Assembly (NCBI GenBank): GCA_039809905.1
Contig: JBDHVY010000001.1
Location: forward strand, 930,001-962,000
DNA from: Candidatus Babelota bacterium
GTDB lineage: Bacteria; Babelota; Babeliae; Babelales; Vermiphilaceae
Reading direction: 5' to 3'
Length of the DNA: 32,000 nucleotides
Numbering within the stretch: position 1 is the stretch's first letter; every line of letters begins with the position of its first letter. Below the pieces are notes generated by a model. It did no database searches and had not been told where the DNA came from. It worked only from the letters and a program-made list of their open reading frames with translations. This document shows positions 31,660-32,000 of this stretch, one piece after another. A program made the translations under genes and the position numbers.

Positions 31660-32000
31660 ATGAAGTATGTAACCTGTTTAGTATTGCTTAGTATATTCTG
31701 TGCAGTAGACATTATAGCAAAAAAAAGCAATATACCAGCAGCTGAGGACCATGCATCAGAGAGTTTTTTTAAACGAATATTTGTAAAAGAAAAAAGAACG
31801 CTGTCTGTGGATAAAAAATGCAAAAATTTGATATGTCTTTTTGATCCTGAATATCAAGAAACCATAATAGATGAAGGAGGAGCTTTGGCATTTGAACTCA
31901 TGGATGCTCTTAATGAAAAGATAGCCCCTATTATTGTAACGCCAAATATTCTCGAAAACTTTTGTTATGGAAAAATCCATCGTTGGAAAAATATTAAAAA
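31660..32000 (+). CDS. 5' part of a secreted protein gene running off the window (not in the supplied ORF track)
   Basis: ATG 31660 has AAGGA at 31648-31652. I read 113 codons with no stop to the window end: MKYVTCLVLLSIFCAVDIIAKKSNIPAAEDHASESFFKRIF...LICLFDPEYQETIIDEGGALAFELMDALNEKIAPIIVTPNILENFCYGKIHRWKNIK. The N-terminus is signal-like. It competes with two low-complexity minus-strand track ORFs. Confidence 0.5.
   Translation, partial: MKYVTCLVLLSIFCAVDIIAKKSNIPAAEDHASESFFKRIFVKEKRTLSVDKKCKNLICLFDPEYQETIIDEGGALAFELMDALNEKIAPIIVTPNILENFCYGKIHRWKNIK

Noticed and set aside
31560-31980. Two overlapping minus-strand ORFs (87 and 74 aa)
   Set aside because: They have low-complexity translations, overlap each other, and compete with a plus-strand ORF that has an SD sequence and a signal peptide.
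1-32000. CRISPR arrays, tRNA/rRNA genes, IS elements, integrases, prophage or known defence-system genes
   Set aside because: I saw no regularly spaced direct repeats, no tRNA-like GC-rich 70-90-nt cloverleaf candidates in the intergenic regions, and no transposase, recombinase or nuclease motifs in any translation.

Overview
AT-rich bacterial chromosomal segment with about 25 protein-coding genes. I found no rRNA, tRNA, CRISPR array, transposase or integrase. The organism is a diderm, because the window carries an Omp85/BamA gene and a second barrel candidate ending in Phe. The gene content suggests a host-dependent lineage: a polyamine ABC importer, a DMT/EamA carrier, a Sec-signal ankyrin protein, a secreted pentapeptide-repeat protein, and a large share of lineage-specific secreted proteins. 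I cannot assign taxonomy from sequence alone. Recognisable housekeeping genes are gltX (-), bamA (+), potABCD (+, with overlapping start/stop codons) and metG (+). Everything else is accessory and mostly carries N-terminal signal peptides. Three regions deserve the most attention. (1) 18135-25358 is a three-gene same-strand module that is less A/T-saturated in single-line spot counts. It encodes a 1446-aa Sec-dependent Gly/Asp/Thr/Val-rich giant, a 623-aa beta-barrel candidate with a C-terminal Phe, and a 304-aa protein with about 26 cysteines. All three carry clustered Cys, which suggests an undescribed disulfide-linked envelope or surface complex. It is preceded by a 500-bp leader containing a G-run/C-run element. 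(2) 13577-17633 holds two tandem 605/610-aa paralogs with near-identical N-terminal thirds and divergent remainders. A frameshifted orphan copy of the family's 3' end lies between them. (3) 6464-8796 holds four tandem small secreted proteins immediately after bamA, the position normally occupied by skp. Promoter, terminator and repeat calls were made by eye. All functional calls rest on motifs I can read in the translations, not on database searches.
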